DNA of 64,000 bases from Cetorhinus maximus (taxonomy: Eukaryota), in assembly GCF_964194155.1 (NCBI RefSeq), contig NC_135898.1:37944001-38008000 (forward strand), read 5' to 3'. The translations under genes and the position numbers were made by a program. Positions 10,095 to 23,064 of the stretch are shown here, one piece after another (within the stretch, counting starts at the first letter, position 1; every line of letters starts with the position of its first letter). The notes under the pieces were generated by a model. The model saw only the letters and a program-made list of their open reading frames with translations, did no database searches and was not told the origin of the DNA.

Positions 10095-11996
10095 TGGTGA
10101 AGTCACAACACAGGACTACTTGCATGCCAGACAGCACAAACAGCGAGTGATAGACAGAGCTAAGCGATTCCACAACTAACAGACCAGATCTAAGCTCTGC
10201 AGTTTTGTCACATCCATTTGTGAATGGTGGTGGACAATTAAACAACTCACTGGAGGAGGAGGCTCCACAAATAGCCCCATCCTCAATGATGGAGAACCCA
10301 GCACATCAGTGCAAAGGATAAGGCATTCCCAACAATCTTCAGCCAGAAGTGCTGAGTGGATGACCAATGTAGGAGAGGTCCCCAGCATCTCAGATGCCAG
10401 TCTTCAACAAATTCGATTCACTCCACGTGATATCAAAAAACATCTGAAGGCACTGGATACTGCAAAGGCTATGGGCCCTGACAACATTCCGGCAATAGTA
10501 CTGAAGACTTGTGCACCAGAACTTGCCGTGCCCCTAGCCAAGCTGTTCCAGCATAGCTACAACACAGACATCTACCTAGCTATATGGAAAATTGCCTAGG
10601 TATTCCCTGTACTCAAAAAGCAGGACAAATCCAACCTGGCCAATTACGACCCCATCAGTAAAGTGATGGAAGGGGTCATCAACAGTGCTATCAAGCATCA
10701 CTTGCTTAGCAATAACCTGCTCAATGCCGTTCAGTTTGGGTTTCGCCTGGGTCACTCAGCTTCTAACCTCGCTACAGCCTTGGTTCAAACATGAACGAAA
10801 GAGCTGAACTCCCGAGGTGAGGTGAGAGTGACTGCCCTTGACATCAAGGCAGCATTTGACCTAGTGTGGCATCAAGGAGCCCTAGAAAAACTGGAGTCAA
10901 TGGGAATCAGGGGCAAAGCTCTCCACTGGTGGGAATCATACCTAGCACAAACGAAGATGGTTGTGGTTGTTGGAGGTCAATCATTTCAGTCCAAGATATC
11001 ACTGCAGGATTTGCTGGGTAGTGTCCCAGGCCCAACCAACTTCAGCTGCTTCATCAATGACCTTCCTTCAATCATAAGGTCAGAAGTGGGGGTGTTCGCT
11101 GATGATTGCACAATGTTCAGCACAATTCACGATTCCTCAGATACTGAAGCAGTCCATGCCCAAAAGCAGCAAGACCTGGACAATATCCAGGCTTGGGCTG
11201 ACAAGCGGCAAGTAATATTCATGCCACAAAGTGCCAGACAATGATCATCTCCAACAAGAGAGAATCTAACCATCACCCCTTGACATTCAATGGTTTTACC
11301 ATTGCTGAATCCCCCACTATCAACATCCTGGGGGTTACCATTGACCAGAAACTGAACTGAACCAGCCATATAAATACTGTGGCTACAAGAGCAGGTCAGA
11401 GGCTAGGAATCCTAGGAATGTGATGAGAAACTCACCTCCTGACTCCCAAAACCTTGTCCACCATCTACAAGGCACAAGCCAGGAGTGTGATGGAATATTC
11501 TCCACTTGCCTGAACGAGTGCAGTTCCAACAACACTGAAGAAGCTGGACACCATCCAGGACAAAGCAGCCCGCTTGATTGGCACCCCATCCACAAACATT
11601 CACTCCCCCCACCACCGATGAACAGTGGCAGCAGTGTGTACCATCCACAAGGTGCACTATGGAAACTCATCAAGGCTCCTTAGGCAGCACCTTCCAAACC
11701 CACAACCACCACCACCTAGAAGGACGAGGGCAGCAGATAGATGGGAACACCACCACCTGGAAGTTCTCCAAGCCGCTCACCTTCCTGACTTGCAACTATA
11801 TCGCTGTTGCTTCACTGTCGCTGGGTCAAAATCCTGGAAGTCCTTCCCTAACAACACTGTGGGTGTACCTACACCATGTGGACTGCAGCGGCTCAAGAAG
11901 TCAGCTCATCACCACCTTCTCAAGGGCAATTAGGAATGGGCAATAAATGCTGGGCCAGCCAGTGATGCTCACATGCCCTAATGAATAAAAAAAAAG
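10095..11996 (+). mobile_element. 5'-truncated CR1/L2-group LINE (decayed RT, intact 3' tail)
   Basis: Broken ORFs with KAMGPDNIP, ALDIKAAFD and FADD motifs; ends AAGGGCAATTAGG..GGGCAATAAATGCTGG..GAATAAAAAAAA. Confidence 0.9.
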
Positions 11997-14883
11997 ATTG
12001 CTCCTTAAACCCTATATCTCGTTGACCAAATATTTGGCTTTAATGTCTCCTTACGTGTCTCGGTGTCAAATTTTGTTTGATAAAATTTGCAAAGCACCTT
12101 GGAACATTTTGTAAGTTAAATGAGCTATATAAGTGCAAGTGGCTGCTGGGTTTTGGTAGACAATAGATGTAAAACAAACTTTTCTTGTAAAAAATGTCAA
12201 AGGCAGAACTTTGTTAACATCATCTATCCCTTTAAAGCCACAAAGTTGAATGGAACCAGAGCAGAAACCTGACTAACCTTGCAATGAAGTGCTGAAAATA
12301 GGCACTCTCTAGGTTAACTAGAGGCTCATTGCTGTTGCTAGGGGAAGTTTGTCTTTAGAAAAAAAGAGTGGGGCAGCAGATCTGCCTCTCCCGCCAATAT
12401 TGAGCACAAGGGATGAGGGTGTCTCATGAATTGGCAGCTGCTTGTAAATCCTGCCTCCTTCTCTTGGGAGAAGCCTGTTATCAAAGTCGGAAAAAAACTG
12501 TCAGGGAAATGCTAGCTTTCTTTCATGTCATTATGTGGAGTAATGCAAGGCTTTTATTTATATGAATATTTATAGCAACAAGAATTACTCACTGTCCAGA
12601 AGGTGGTAGGACTGGCACATTTTTAATCAAATCCACAATCAAACAGGAGGCTGGCTCAGGCAATGAGAGAGAGTTAACTCATGTTTAGGTTTTATTTCTA
12701 GGGGTTCTGAACCCATGGTATGAGCTAGTTCTTTATCTTGTCCCTCAAATGTCAGATCAGGTTGTATTTGTCATTTTTCTCTTTCCCTATAGATAAAACT
12801 TTTGTTGTATGTGGACCACTCATCATCCACACCCCATCCCCTGTATTTGCATCTTCTTTTGTTTTCCCATGTTGCTGCATTATTTCACTGATGATCTTTT
12901 AAATATCGTTTTGACTCTCACCAGAGTCAGGAGGTTGATTTCAAGACCTACTCCAGAAATTTGAGCCCATAATCTAGGTTAACACCACAGTGCAGTACTG
13001 AGGGAGTGTGGTTTTTCAAAAGCGATGTTAAACCAAGGTTCCCTTTGTCCTGTCAGGCAGACGCCAAAGGTCCTATACACAACTTGAACAGCTGGGAAGT
13101 TCACTTTGTGTATTGGTCAATATTTATCACACAACCAGCTTCACTAAAACAGATTACCTAGTCATCATTATATTGTTGTTTGTGGGGCCATGCTGTATAT
13201 GAATTAGCTGTTGTTTTTCTACATGACAACAGTGTTTGTACTTCAGATGTACTTAACTGGCTGTGAAGAACATCCTGAGGTCCTGAAAGGTGCTATATAA
13301 ATGCAGGTTCTTTATGTCACCAATTTTTTAATCTCAGTTTGTAGGCCCTTTCATATATTAACTCCATCTTTGGGATTGTTGTATCTGTTAGATGTCACCC
13401 TTTCATCCCTATATTTGTCGCTTTTTTTCTATTTTTACTAAAATGACCCTCCATCTCTTAGCCTTCAGTTCTGAAGGAGATTACAAATCTGAAGCATCTT
13501 AACCCATCTTGTCCCTTGACAGATGCTGATTGACCTGCCATGTATATCCAACATTTGCAGTTTTTCCTTTTTTTTTCCTCAGTAACATTAGTCAGTGAGA
13601 CAGCCACAGTATCAGTAAACATTACAACCTTATCTTTGATTCTTAGGACCTTTCTCTCATACAGTTAAAAATAGTATTACCGTAGAATTCTTCAAAGGCA
13701 GTTTAAAAACAAAAAGGGTAGCTAACATTTGCATCCTCTGGCAGCCTCTGAGCTGTCTATCCTTGGAACGTGCCCCAACAATATTTTACATTTTAAAAAC
13801 AAATAGTGACCAAAAAAAACATTTTATTGTTAGAAATTATATTTGATAGCAATGAGTTGTTTACCACACAATATAAAATTGTGAACTGCCTGATATAAAT
13901 TGGAAGGAGATTTAAGTATGGCTCCTAAATTAGATCCAATTCCTCAGGCCTATCGGGGTTGGAGGCTGTGGACACATGATAGTTTGAGTTTAGGGTAGGG
14001 AATTTTGGATCAGTGACTGACTTTTGGTGAATGGATACTGGATAGAAAACCTTTGAAGGACTGACAGGGTTAAGAAAAACAAAGACCTAAGGACTATCTT
14101 CCAAGAAGGGAGAGTCTCCCAAGCAGTTGCAAGTGAAGTGAAAAATGTTCAATCAGGTTATGAATCTACCCACTCATTTAGGATCCCATCAATTGGAAAT
14201 GGAAGTGGAAGAGTCGGCATGAGCTGGTTCAGCCTGAACTTGGCGGGAAGGTTGTCTGGACAGGAATAGTCCTTAACAGCAGTTGAACAGAACGGGTTTT
14301 GTGTTCCCATTGTTTGATCGTAAAAATATCTGACTCACTGACAATGTAATGTCAGGTAAGAAGTCCAACAACTAAGTGTTGGTCATGTAGTCAAGGATGT
14401 TTGTGAAGAAGTAGAGTTGGGTGTCATCAACTTACATATGGAGAGGTACAGAACCATGAGATTTAGCTGCAGTTCTTGTAATTGTTGCATAAACAGAGGC
14501 CTGGCTTAATTAATTTTAGCATTTATAGTGACTATGATTTTGTTATAGATACAGCTAAATGGCAAGAATTTACTGTTTTTTTTATTCACTCATGGGATTT
14601 GGGCATCGCTGGCTAGGCCAACATTTATTGCCCATCCCTAATTGTCCTTGAAAAGGTGGTGGTGAGCTGCCTTCTTGAATTGCTGCAATCCATGTGGTGT
14701 AGTTACATACTTTTTCAAGGAATAGGAAATCGGAAATGAATGAACACTTAGAGATGAACAAGCCATTTGAAGCATAGTCAGTGTGGATTTGTAAATGACA
14801 GGTTGTAAATAATTGAATTTTTTTGTTTAGAAAAAGGAGTGTGGCGGGTGTGTATTTAGAAAATTCAGTAATATTTTATACTT

Positions 14884-17089
14884 AAAGCATGTACTATCAA
14901 AGAGAATGTAGTCGCATTGACCAAGAAATGACTAGGGCCAGAAATGAAAGTGTAGGGGGTAAATGGATCTATTGCAGGTAGGTAGAATGTGGATTTTGGG
15001 CACAAGTGCAATGTCCTCTTTCATTTAGTAAGTGATTTGGAAATATGAGAGGAACAATTTTGAAGTTTGCTGATGATGCTGAACTGGGGAGCATGGAAAA
15101 TTGCCAGAGATTGACTGGTTTGTGGACAGGTGGCAGATGCAGAGAAATATGGGATACCACATTTTGGAAAAAGAACATATCCTTAATGATTGTTAACAAT
15201 ACTAAGCCGAGGAATAGAGAGATCCAGGATGCAAATACACAGATCTTAATGGTATTACAAGCAGTAAAGACTATTAAAAAAGTAAAAAGCACTGGGTTTT
15301 GTATATAGCATTAAATATAAAAGCAAGGAAACAATATTAAATTGGTGCAAGACATTGCTTAGGCCTCAGTTGGATTATTGCAGTTCAGGCCCTCAAGTTT
15401 TAGGAAGGATATTAGAACAATGGGAAAGAATAATTAGAATTATACAGACAATGAGACGTTATAGTTATGGAAAATGCCTTGAAAAATTTATGGGGGTGAA
15501 GGTTAAGGATGAATCAAACAGTTTTTCAAAATTAAGTTTCAAGAGGGTGAACAAAGTTATAAAAAGGGTGGAAACCACAGCATAAGGTATAATGGCTGTT
15601 ATTTCTACCCAACTGCATGGCACTCTTACTGATTTCATGATGGTATGGGAAAACCTACATCTCGTTTCAGTCCAGCAAGGTTGATGAAAACAGAAGCAAA
15701 ATAGATGCAGATGCTGGCAATCTGAAATCAAAACAGAAAGTGCTGGGAAAACTCAGTAGGTCAGGCAGCAACTGTGAAGAGAAAGAGTTAATATTTCAGA
15801 TCAATGAATCTTCAGGTTACTGAGAACCTTAATTTTGAAAAACTGTTTGATTCATCCTTAACCCCATAAATTTTCAAGGCATTTTCCATAACTATAACGT
15901 CTCATTGTCAACCAAAGCAGTGCAATGCAAGTTGCATAATACCACAATAAAATATACAATACTCCAGTCAAACCACACCTTGAGTAGTGTCCATTGGTGA
16001 GACAGTGGCGAATGCAAATGGAATATCTTCCCAGAAACCTAAAGCTCTGCAAGGTTTTTGTCCCACCCCATATTTAATAAGACTTCTGAATATCAGTCTA
16101 ACTACATTATTGAACCGCAACCTGCTCCATACAACAGAGGTTCTCAGTAACCTGATGAAGATTCATTGACCTGAAATATTAACTCTTTCTCTTCACAGTT
16201 GCTGCCTGACCTACTGAGTGTTCCCAGCTCTTTCTGTTTTGATTTCAGATTGCCAGCATCTGCATCTATTTTGCTTGTTTTCATCAACCTTGCTGGACTG
16301 AAACGAGAAATGTAGGTTTTCCCATACCATCATGAAATCAGTAAGAGTGCCATGCAGTTGGGTAGAAATAACAGCCATTATACCTTATGCTGTGGTTTCC
16401 ACCCTTTTTATAACTTTGTTCACCCTCTTGAAACTTAATTTTGAAAACTGTTTGATTCATCCTTAACCTTCACCCCCATAAATTTTTCAAGGTATTTTCC
16501 ATAACTATAACGTCTCATTGTCAGTATAATTCTAATTATTCTTTCCTATTGTTCTAATATCCTTCCTAAAACTTGAGGGCCTGAACTGCAGGCAATAATC
16601 CAACCGAGGCCTAAGCAATGTCTTGCACCAATTTAATATTGTTTCTTTGCTTTTATATTTAATGCTATATACAAAACCCAGTGCTTTTTACCTTTTTAAT
16701 AGTCTTTACTGCTTGTAATACCATTAAGATCTGTGTATTTGCATCCTGGATCTCTCTATTCCTCGGCTTAGTATTGTTAACAATCATTAAGGATATGTTC
16801 TTTTTCGAAAATGTGGTATCCCACATTTCTCTGCATCTGCCACCTGTCCACAAACCAGTCAATCTCTGGCAATTTTCCATGCTCCCCAATTCAGTATCAT
16901 CAGTAAATTTCAAAGTTGTTCCTCTCATATTTCCAAATCACTTACTAAATGAAAGAGGACATTGTACTTGTGCCCAAAATGCACATTTTACCTACCTGCA
17001 ATAGATCCATTTACCCCCTACGCTTTCATTTCTGGCCCTAGTCACTGCTCGGTCAATGCGACTACATTCTCTTTGATAATACATGCTTT
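14884..17089. repeat. Large inverted duplication: arms 14884-15829 and 16138-17089, ~308-bp spacer
   Basis: Mirror-image ORFs (14969..15292- vs 16681..17004+; 15045..15308+ vs 16665..16928-); arms are reverse complements with scattered substitutions; content is decayed CR1 plus a pLTR fragment. Confidence 0.97.
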
Positions 17090-18320
17090 GCTTTGCTTTG
17101 TAGATTGCTTCTCCAGTGACTTGGCACATTAAGCACCAACTCCACCACAACGTAAGATCTCTTTCGATTTCATCTTAAGCTACTTCAACATCATTACAGC
17201 ATAAATGTCACTTTGAACATCTCTTGTAACTGATCAAGTCATGAAAATATTTGGTGTAAACTGTATTGTAGGCCTTTGGTCTCTGTCCCACCACACCTCC
17301 TCCCCCCCCGCCCCAAACCCACTCCATCGCCATTGCATGTCTGAAATTTGCATCTGGCATTAATAAAGGATTTCAGATTAGGTGAGTGTGCTCCAAATAA
17401 CAGATAAATACTTGAAAAAACAAAAATCAAGTTTGAGCCGAAATGTCGCTGGTCATTGAAGCATCTTAAAAGACAATTAAGTTTTCTGGCCCCTAACATT
17501 TACAATTGTGGTGCTGCACCCATCATTGACAAGTTAATAAGCGTCAACTGTCATTTAAATAACACAAGCAGTTTTGAGAAAGATTTATAACTTTTCAATA
17601 TTAATGTATGTTTCTACACACCTTTTTTATGAGGACATTTTTCTTAAAATTCTTGCAGTTTGTCATTTTGCAGCCAAAGCTGGCATCTTGCCTCACCTTA
17701 TGTTCTCTGTTGCCCCAAGTTGATGATGAATCTTGAACAGTTGCAATCCCATGCTGCTACCACCACCCCACTGGTATGCAGTATGAAATTCCAGTATATT
17801 AACATGATGAATAGTGACGTATGTCCAAGTCAGCAGAGGAGCTTGGACGTAAATGCGTTCCTACACATTACGCTTAATAACAAACCACTATCACGTATTT
17901 ATTGGTAGAGCATCTAGAATTCACTGATACTTATACTTTGGTTAAGTCCTTTCAATTAGTCCACATCCAGCTGTCAAAGCCCAGGCAAGTAAGTTGTATT
18001 TGCACTTTTTTAAAATTCATTGGTATCTTCACTGAACTCCACCTGCCATAGTTTTACACACTCACTTTATGTATCATTACCATTGCAACGTAATACTCCC
18101 ATCTACAATACATGACCTAAATTAGTGTCATCCACAATATTAGACACACAGGCTCTCTATTAACACCACCATACACCACTTGGGCTGAATAACCTGCTTT
18201 TTGCTGTAGACTCTATGTAATCCTTCATTTAGGTCATATACAGGCTTAATGAAAAGCCCTGAGGTCATCACTAGTCACATTCTGCCAATCTGAGTATGTA
18301 ACAAGTGATTATTAATCTTT

Positions 18321-21033
18321 AAGATAAAAGCAAAATACTGTGGATGCTGGAAATCTAGAACAAAAACAAAAATACCTGGAAAGACTCAGCAGGTCTGACA
18401 GCATCTGCGGAGAAGGATACAGCTGACGTTTCGAGTCCGTATAACCTTTCATCAGAACTAAGACATACAGAAATGAGATGAAATATAAGCTGGTAGAGGG
18501 GGGTGGGACAGATAGAGCTCGATAGGGGGCCAGTGAAAGGTGGAGGCCAAGAAGAGATTGCCACAAGATGTCATCGACAAAAGGGTGTTGACAGTGGTGA
18601 TATTATCTAAAGGATGTGCTAATGGGGACATTAAGGGTAGCAAGCTAGTGACAGATGGCCCTACTGGGGGTGGGGTGAGGGGAAGGGATCAAAATGGGCT
18701 AAAAGGTGGAGATGAAACAATTAAGTGAAATAAATTTAAAAATAGGAGGGAAAAGAAAAATATGTTTGTAAAGAAATTATAAATTATTGGAAAAAGGGGG
18801 ATCGGAAAGTGGGTGGGGATGGAGGAGAGAGTTCATGATCTGAAATTGTTGAACTCAATATTAAGTCCGGAAGGCTGTATAGTGCCTAGTCGGAAGATGA
18901 GGTGCTATTCCTCCAGTTTGTGTTGAGCTTAACTGGAACATTGCAGCAGGCCAAGGACGGACATGTGGGCATGAGAGCAGGGTGGTGTGTTGAAATGGCA
19001 AGTGACATGGAAGTCTGGGTCATGCTTGCGGACAGACCGAAGGTGTTCCGCAAAGCGGTCACCCAGTCTGTGTTTGGTCTCTCCAATGTAGAGATCATCG
19101 CATTGGGAGCAGTAGACTAAATTGAGGGAAGTGCAAATGAAGCGCTGCTTCACTTGAAAGGAGTGTTTGGGCCCTTGGATGGTGAGGAGGGGGTAAGTAA
19201 AGGGGCAGGTGTTACACCTTCTGCGATTGCTTGGATAGGTGCTGTGGGAGGGGGTGAGGTGTAGTGGGTGATGGAGGAGTGGACCAGGGTTTCCTGGAGG
19301 GAATGATCCCTGCGGAAAGCCACCGGGGGGGGTGAAGGGAAGATGTGTTTGGTGGTGGCATCATGCTGGAGTTGGTGGAAATGTTGGAGGATGATCCTTT
19401 GAAAGTGGAGGCTGGTGGGGTGATAAGTGAGGACAAAGGAGACCCTATCATGGTTCTGGGAAGGAGAGGAAGGTGTGAGGGCAGGTGTGAGGGCAGATGC
19501 GCGGGAGATGGGCTGGACACGGTTGAGGGCCCTGTCAACCACCATGGGTGGAAAACCTCGGTTAAGATAGAAGGAAGACATGTCAGAGGAACTGTTTTGG
19601 AAAGTGGCATCATCAGAACAGATGCGACGGAGGCGAAGGAACTGAGAGAATGGGTTGGAGTTCTTACAGGATGTGGGGTGTGAGGAGCTGTAGTCGAGGT
19701 AGCTGTGGGAGTTGGTAGGCTTGTAATGAATATTGGTGGACAGTCTATCACCAGAAATTGAGGCTGAGAGATCAAGGAAGGGAAGGGAAGTGTCAGAGAT
19801 GGACCATGTGAAAATGATGGAGGGGTGGAGATTGGAAGCAAAATTAATATTTTCCAGATCCAGACGAGAGCATGAAGCGGCACCGAATTAGTCATCGATG
19901 TACCGGAGGAAGAGTTGTGGGAGGGGGCCTGAGTAGGACTGGAACAAGGAATGTTCCACATACCCCATAAAGAGACAGGCATAACTGGGGCCCATGCGGG
20001 TACCCATAGCCACACCTTTTACTTGGAGGAAGTGAGAGGAGTTTAAGGAGAAATTGTTCAGTGTGAGAACAAGTTCAGCCAGATGGAGGAGAGTAGTGGT
20101 GGATGGGGATTGTTCAGGCCCCTGTTCGAGGAAGAAGCGGAGAGCCCTCAGACCATCCCGGTGGGGGATGGAGGTGTAGAGGGATTGGACGTCCATGGTG
20201 AAGAGGAGGCAGTTGGGGCCAGGGAACTGGAAATTGTTGATATGATGTAGGGCGTGAGAGGAATTGCGGATGTAGGTGGGAAGGGACTGGACAAGGGGAG
20301 AGAGAATGGAGTCAAGATAGCAAGAAATTAATTCCATGGGGCAGGAACAGGCTCACACGATCGGACTGCCGGGACTGTCCTATTTGTGGATTTTGGGTAG
20401 GAGATAGAAGCGGGCCGTCCGAGGTTGGGAGACTATGAGGTTGGAAGCTGTGGAGGGAAGATCTCCAGAGGAGATGAGGTCAGTGACAGTCCTGGAAACA
20501 ATGGCTTGATGTTCAGTGGTAGGGTCATGGTCCGGGGGAGGTAGAAGGAAGTGTCTGTGAGTTGACGCTCAGCCTCTGCAAGGTAGAGGTCAGTGTGCCA
20601 GACAACAGCACCACCCTTGTCAGCGGGTTTGATGACAAAGTCAGGATTGGACCTGAGAACGGAGTGTGGCAAGTTCAGAAAGAGACAGGTTAGAGTGGGT
20701 GAGAGGAGCAGAGAAATTGAGACGACTGATGTCACACCGACAGTTCTCCATGAAAAGATCAAGAGCAGGTAAAAATCCAGAGAGAGGGGTCCAGGTGGAG
20801 GGAGAATATTGGAGGCGGGTAAAAGGATCCGTTGAACGGGGAGAGGACTCCTGCCCAAAGAAGTGAACACGGAGACAAAGGTGGCGGAAGAAGAGTTCAG
20901 CATCGTGCCGAGCCCGAAATTCATTGAGGTGAGGGCATAAGGGTATGAAACTGAGTCCTTTGCTGAGCACTGAATGTTCAGCATCAGAGAGGGGAAGGTC
21001 AGAGGGTATAGTGAATACGCGGCCGGGGCTGGG
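18321..21033 (-). mobile_element. Penelope-like retroelement, long decayed copy (RT, GIY-YIG, pLTR with tail)
   Basis: ORF fragments IKPADKGGAVV, LFTMDVQSLYTSIPH, GVAMGTRMGPSYA, LRYIDD, LYIGETKHRLGDRFAEH. Confidence 0.95.
18421..18459 (-). ncRNA. Minimal type I hammerhead ribozyme motif with intact core
   Basis: Minus strand reads AGUU-CUGAUGA-A-AGGUU-AUACG-GACUC-GAAACGU-C-AGCU: CUGANGA and GAAA boxes, stem I, partly paired stem II, palindromic ACGU stem III. Confidence 0.65.
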
Positions 21034-22061
21034 CCGCCATTTCCGCCAACTCCAGCATGATGCCACCACCAAACACATCTTCCCTTCACCCTCCCCCAGC
21101 GGCTTTCCGCAGCGATCATTCCCTCCGGGACACCCTGGCCCACTCCTCCATCACCCCCTACACCTCAACCCCCTCCCACAGCACCTTCCCATGCAACCGC
21201 AGAAGGTGCAACACCTGCACCTTTACTTCCCCTCTCCTCACTGTCCAAGGGCCCAAACACTCCTTTCAAGTGAAGCAGCATTTCACTTGCACTTCTCTCA
21301 ATTTAGTCTACTGCATTCGCTGCTCCCAATGCGGTCTCCTCTACATTGGAGAGACCAAACGCAGACTGGGTGACCGCTTTGCGGAACACCTTCGGTCTGT
21401 CCGCAAGCACGACTCAGACCTCCCTGTTGCTTGCCATTTCAACACACTACCCTGCTCTCATACCCACATGTCCGTCCTTGGCCTGCTGTAATGTTCCAGT
21501 GAAGCTCAACGCAAACTGGAGGAACTGCACCTCATCTTCTGACTAGGCACTTTACAGTCTTCTGGACTTAATATTGAGTTCAACAATTTCAGATCATGAA
21601 CTCTCTCCTCCAACCCCACCCCCTTTTTCCAATAATTTATAATTTTTTTACAAATATATTTTTCTTTTCCCTGCTTTTAAATTTATTTCACTTAATTGTT
21701 TCATCTCCACCTTTTAGCCCATTTCGATCCCTTTCCCCCAACCCCACCCCCACTAGGGCCATCTGCCACTAGCTTGTCCTCCTTAATGTCTCCATTAGCA
21801 CATCCTTTAGCTAACATCACCACCGTCAACACCCATTTGTCCTTTTGTCTATGACATCTTTGGCAGTCTCTTCTTGGCCTCCACCTATCACTGGCTCCCT
21901 TTCGAGCTCTACCTGTCCCACCCCCCTCTACCAGATTATATTTCATCTCATTTCTGTATGTCTTAGTTCTGATGCAGGGTCATACAGACTTGAAACGTCA
22001 GCTGTATCCCTCTCCGCAGGTGCTGTCAGACCTGCTGAATTTTTCCATGTATTTTTGTTTT
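21034..22061 (+). mobile_element. Inverted 3' segment (GIY-YIG plus tail-less pLTR) of the same Penelope-like insertion
   Basis: ORF 21057..21491 is GIY-YIG; the whole 18321-22061 unit is flanked by TGATTATTAATCTTT (18306) and TGATCATTAATCTTT (22062). Confidence 0.93.
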
Positions 22062-23021
22062 TGATCATTAATCTTTGTTTCCTACCTCATCGATTTCCTA
22101 CCCAAGCCAATAAGTTACCTCCAGTTGCATATACCTTATTTTCTTTACTCATCTTTTGTGTGGAACCTTTTGGAAGTTTGTATGAATAACATTCATAAAC
22201 ACTCCATTATCTATCACATTAGTTACGTCAAGAGCTTCAACTAGGTTGGTTAGACATGACTTAACCTTTAGCTACTTTCCTTGGTTAGATGACAAACGGC
22301 ACCCCGAGCAAAAGATTTATTCATCGATGATTGCAATATTGCAAACTCACAGGCTTTGAGCTCCATTATGTATTTTTCATTGAAAACTTTTTTTGTTGCA
22401 GATAACACAGTATGTACAAATACATAGTTTGAAAATTCCAAAGGTATCCAGCTATTACTATGACAACAGGAAACCAGGGGTAAATACCAATATTAATGTG
22501 CACGGACAAACAGACCTAGACAAAATATATAGAATACAAATTTAAAACTGGTTTACAAATAACAGTTGCCAACGTGGATTAATTTTGTGAACTTTTTTTA
22601 TTTGGACAAAAAAGTGAAAGATGCACAAGCTGTGTGATTTTTTTAAATATAAGTTTTAACAATTTTAAAAGCTTTTTTTAAACAAAAACAAATCCACAAT
22701 TAACAGCCATCAGTTATCAGAAGTAAAGCAAAGCCTCCTTCACATGTTGCTTTTACAAGGAATTCCATTCTGTCTCAATGCTTTGTGATTTTAAGCCAGT
22801 GATATCACTATGAAAAGCCAAACTCCTGAAGGCACTGCCTTAAAGTGACTAGTTGGCATTAATCCAGCTTCTGTACATCATGGGCCAGCCACTGTGGACA
22901 TCAGACTGAACAAAGCAAAATACTGCAAATGCTGGAAATCTGAAATAAAAAAAGGAATATTCTGGAAACACTCAGGTCAGGTAGCATCTGTGCAGAGAAG
23001 AAGATACGGTTTGTGCTTCAG

Positions 23022-23064
23022 AGGGTTCTGATGAAGGGTTATTAAGACCTGAAACATTAACCCT
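23022..23064 (+). ncRNA. Minimal hammerhead motif with compensatory stem I (older pLTR subfamily)
   Basis: AGGGUU-CUGAUGA-A-GGGUU-AUUAA-GACCU-GAAACAU-U-AACCCU; preceded by an inverted pLTR arm at ~22913-23000. Confidence 0.6.

Noticed and set aside
14969-17004. Pair of duplicated small membrane-protein genes (107-aa ORFs)
   Set aside because: These are antisense translations of decayed CR1 sequence mirrored by the inverted duplication.
18321-21033. Active autonomous Penelope element or domesticated RT gene
   Set aside because: The RT/EN frame is broken by several stops, frameshifts and deletions.
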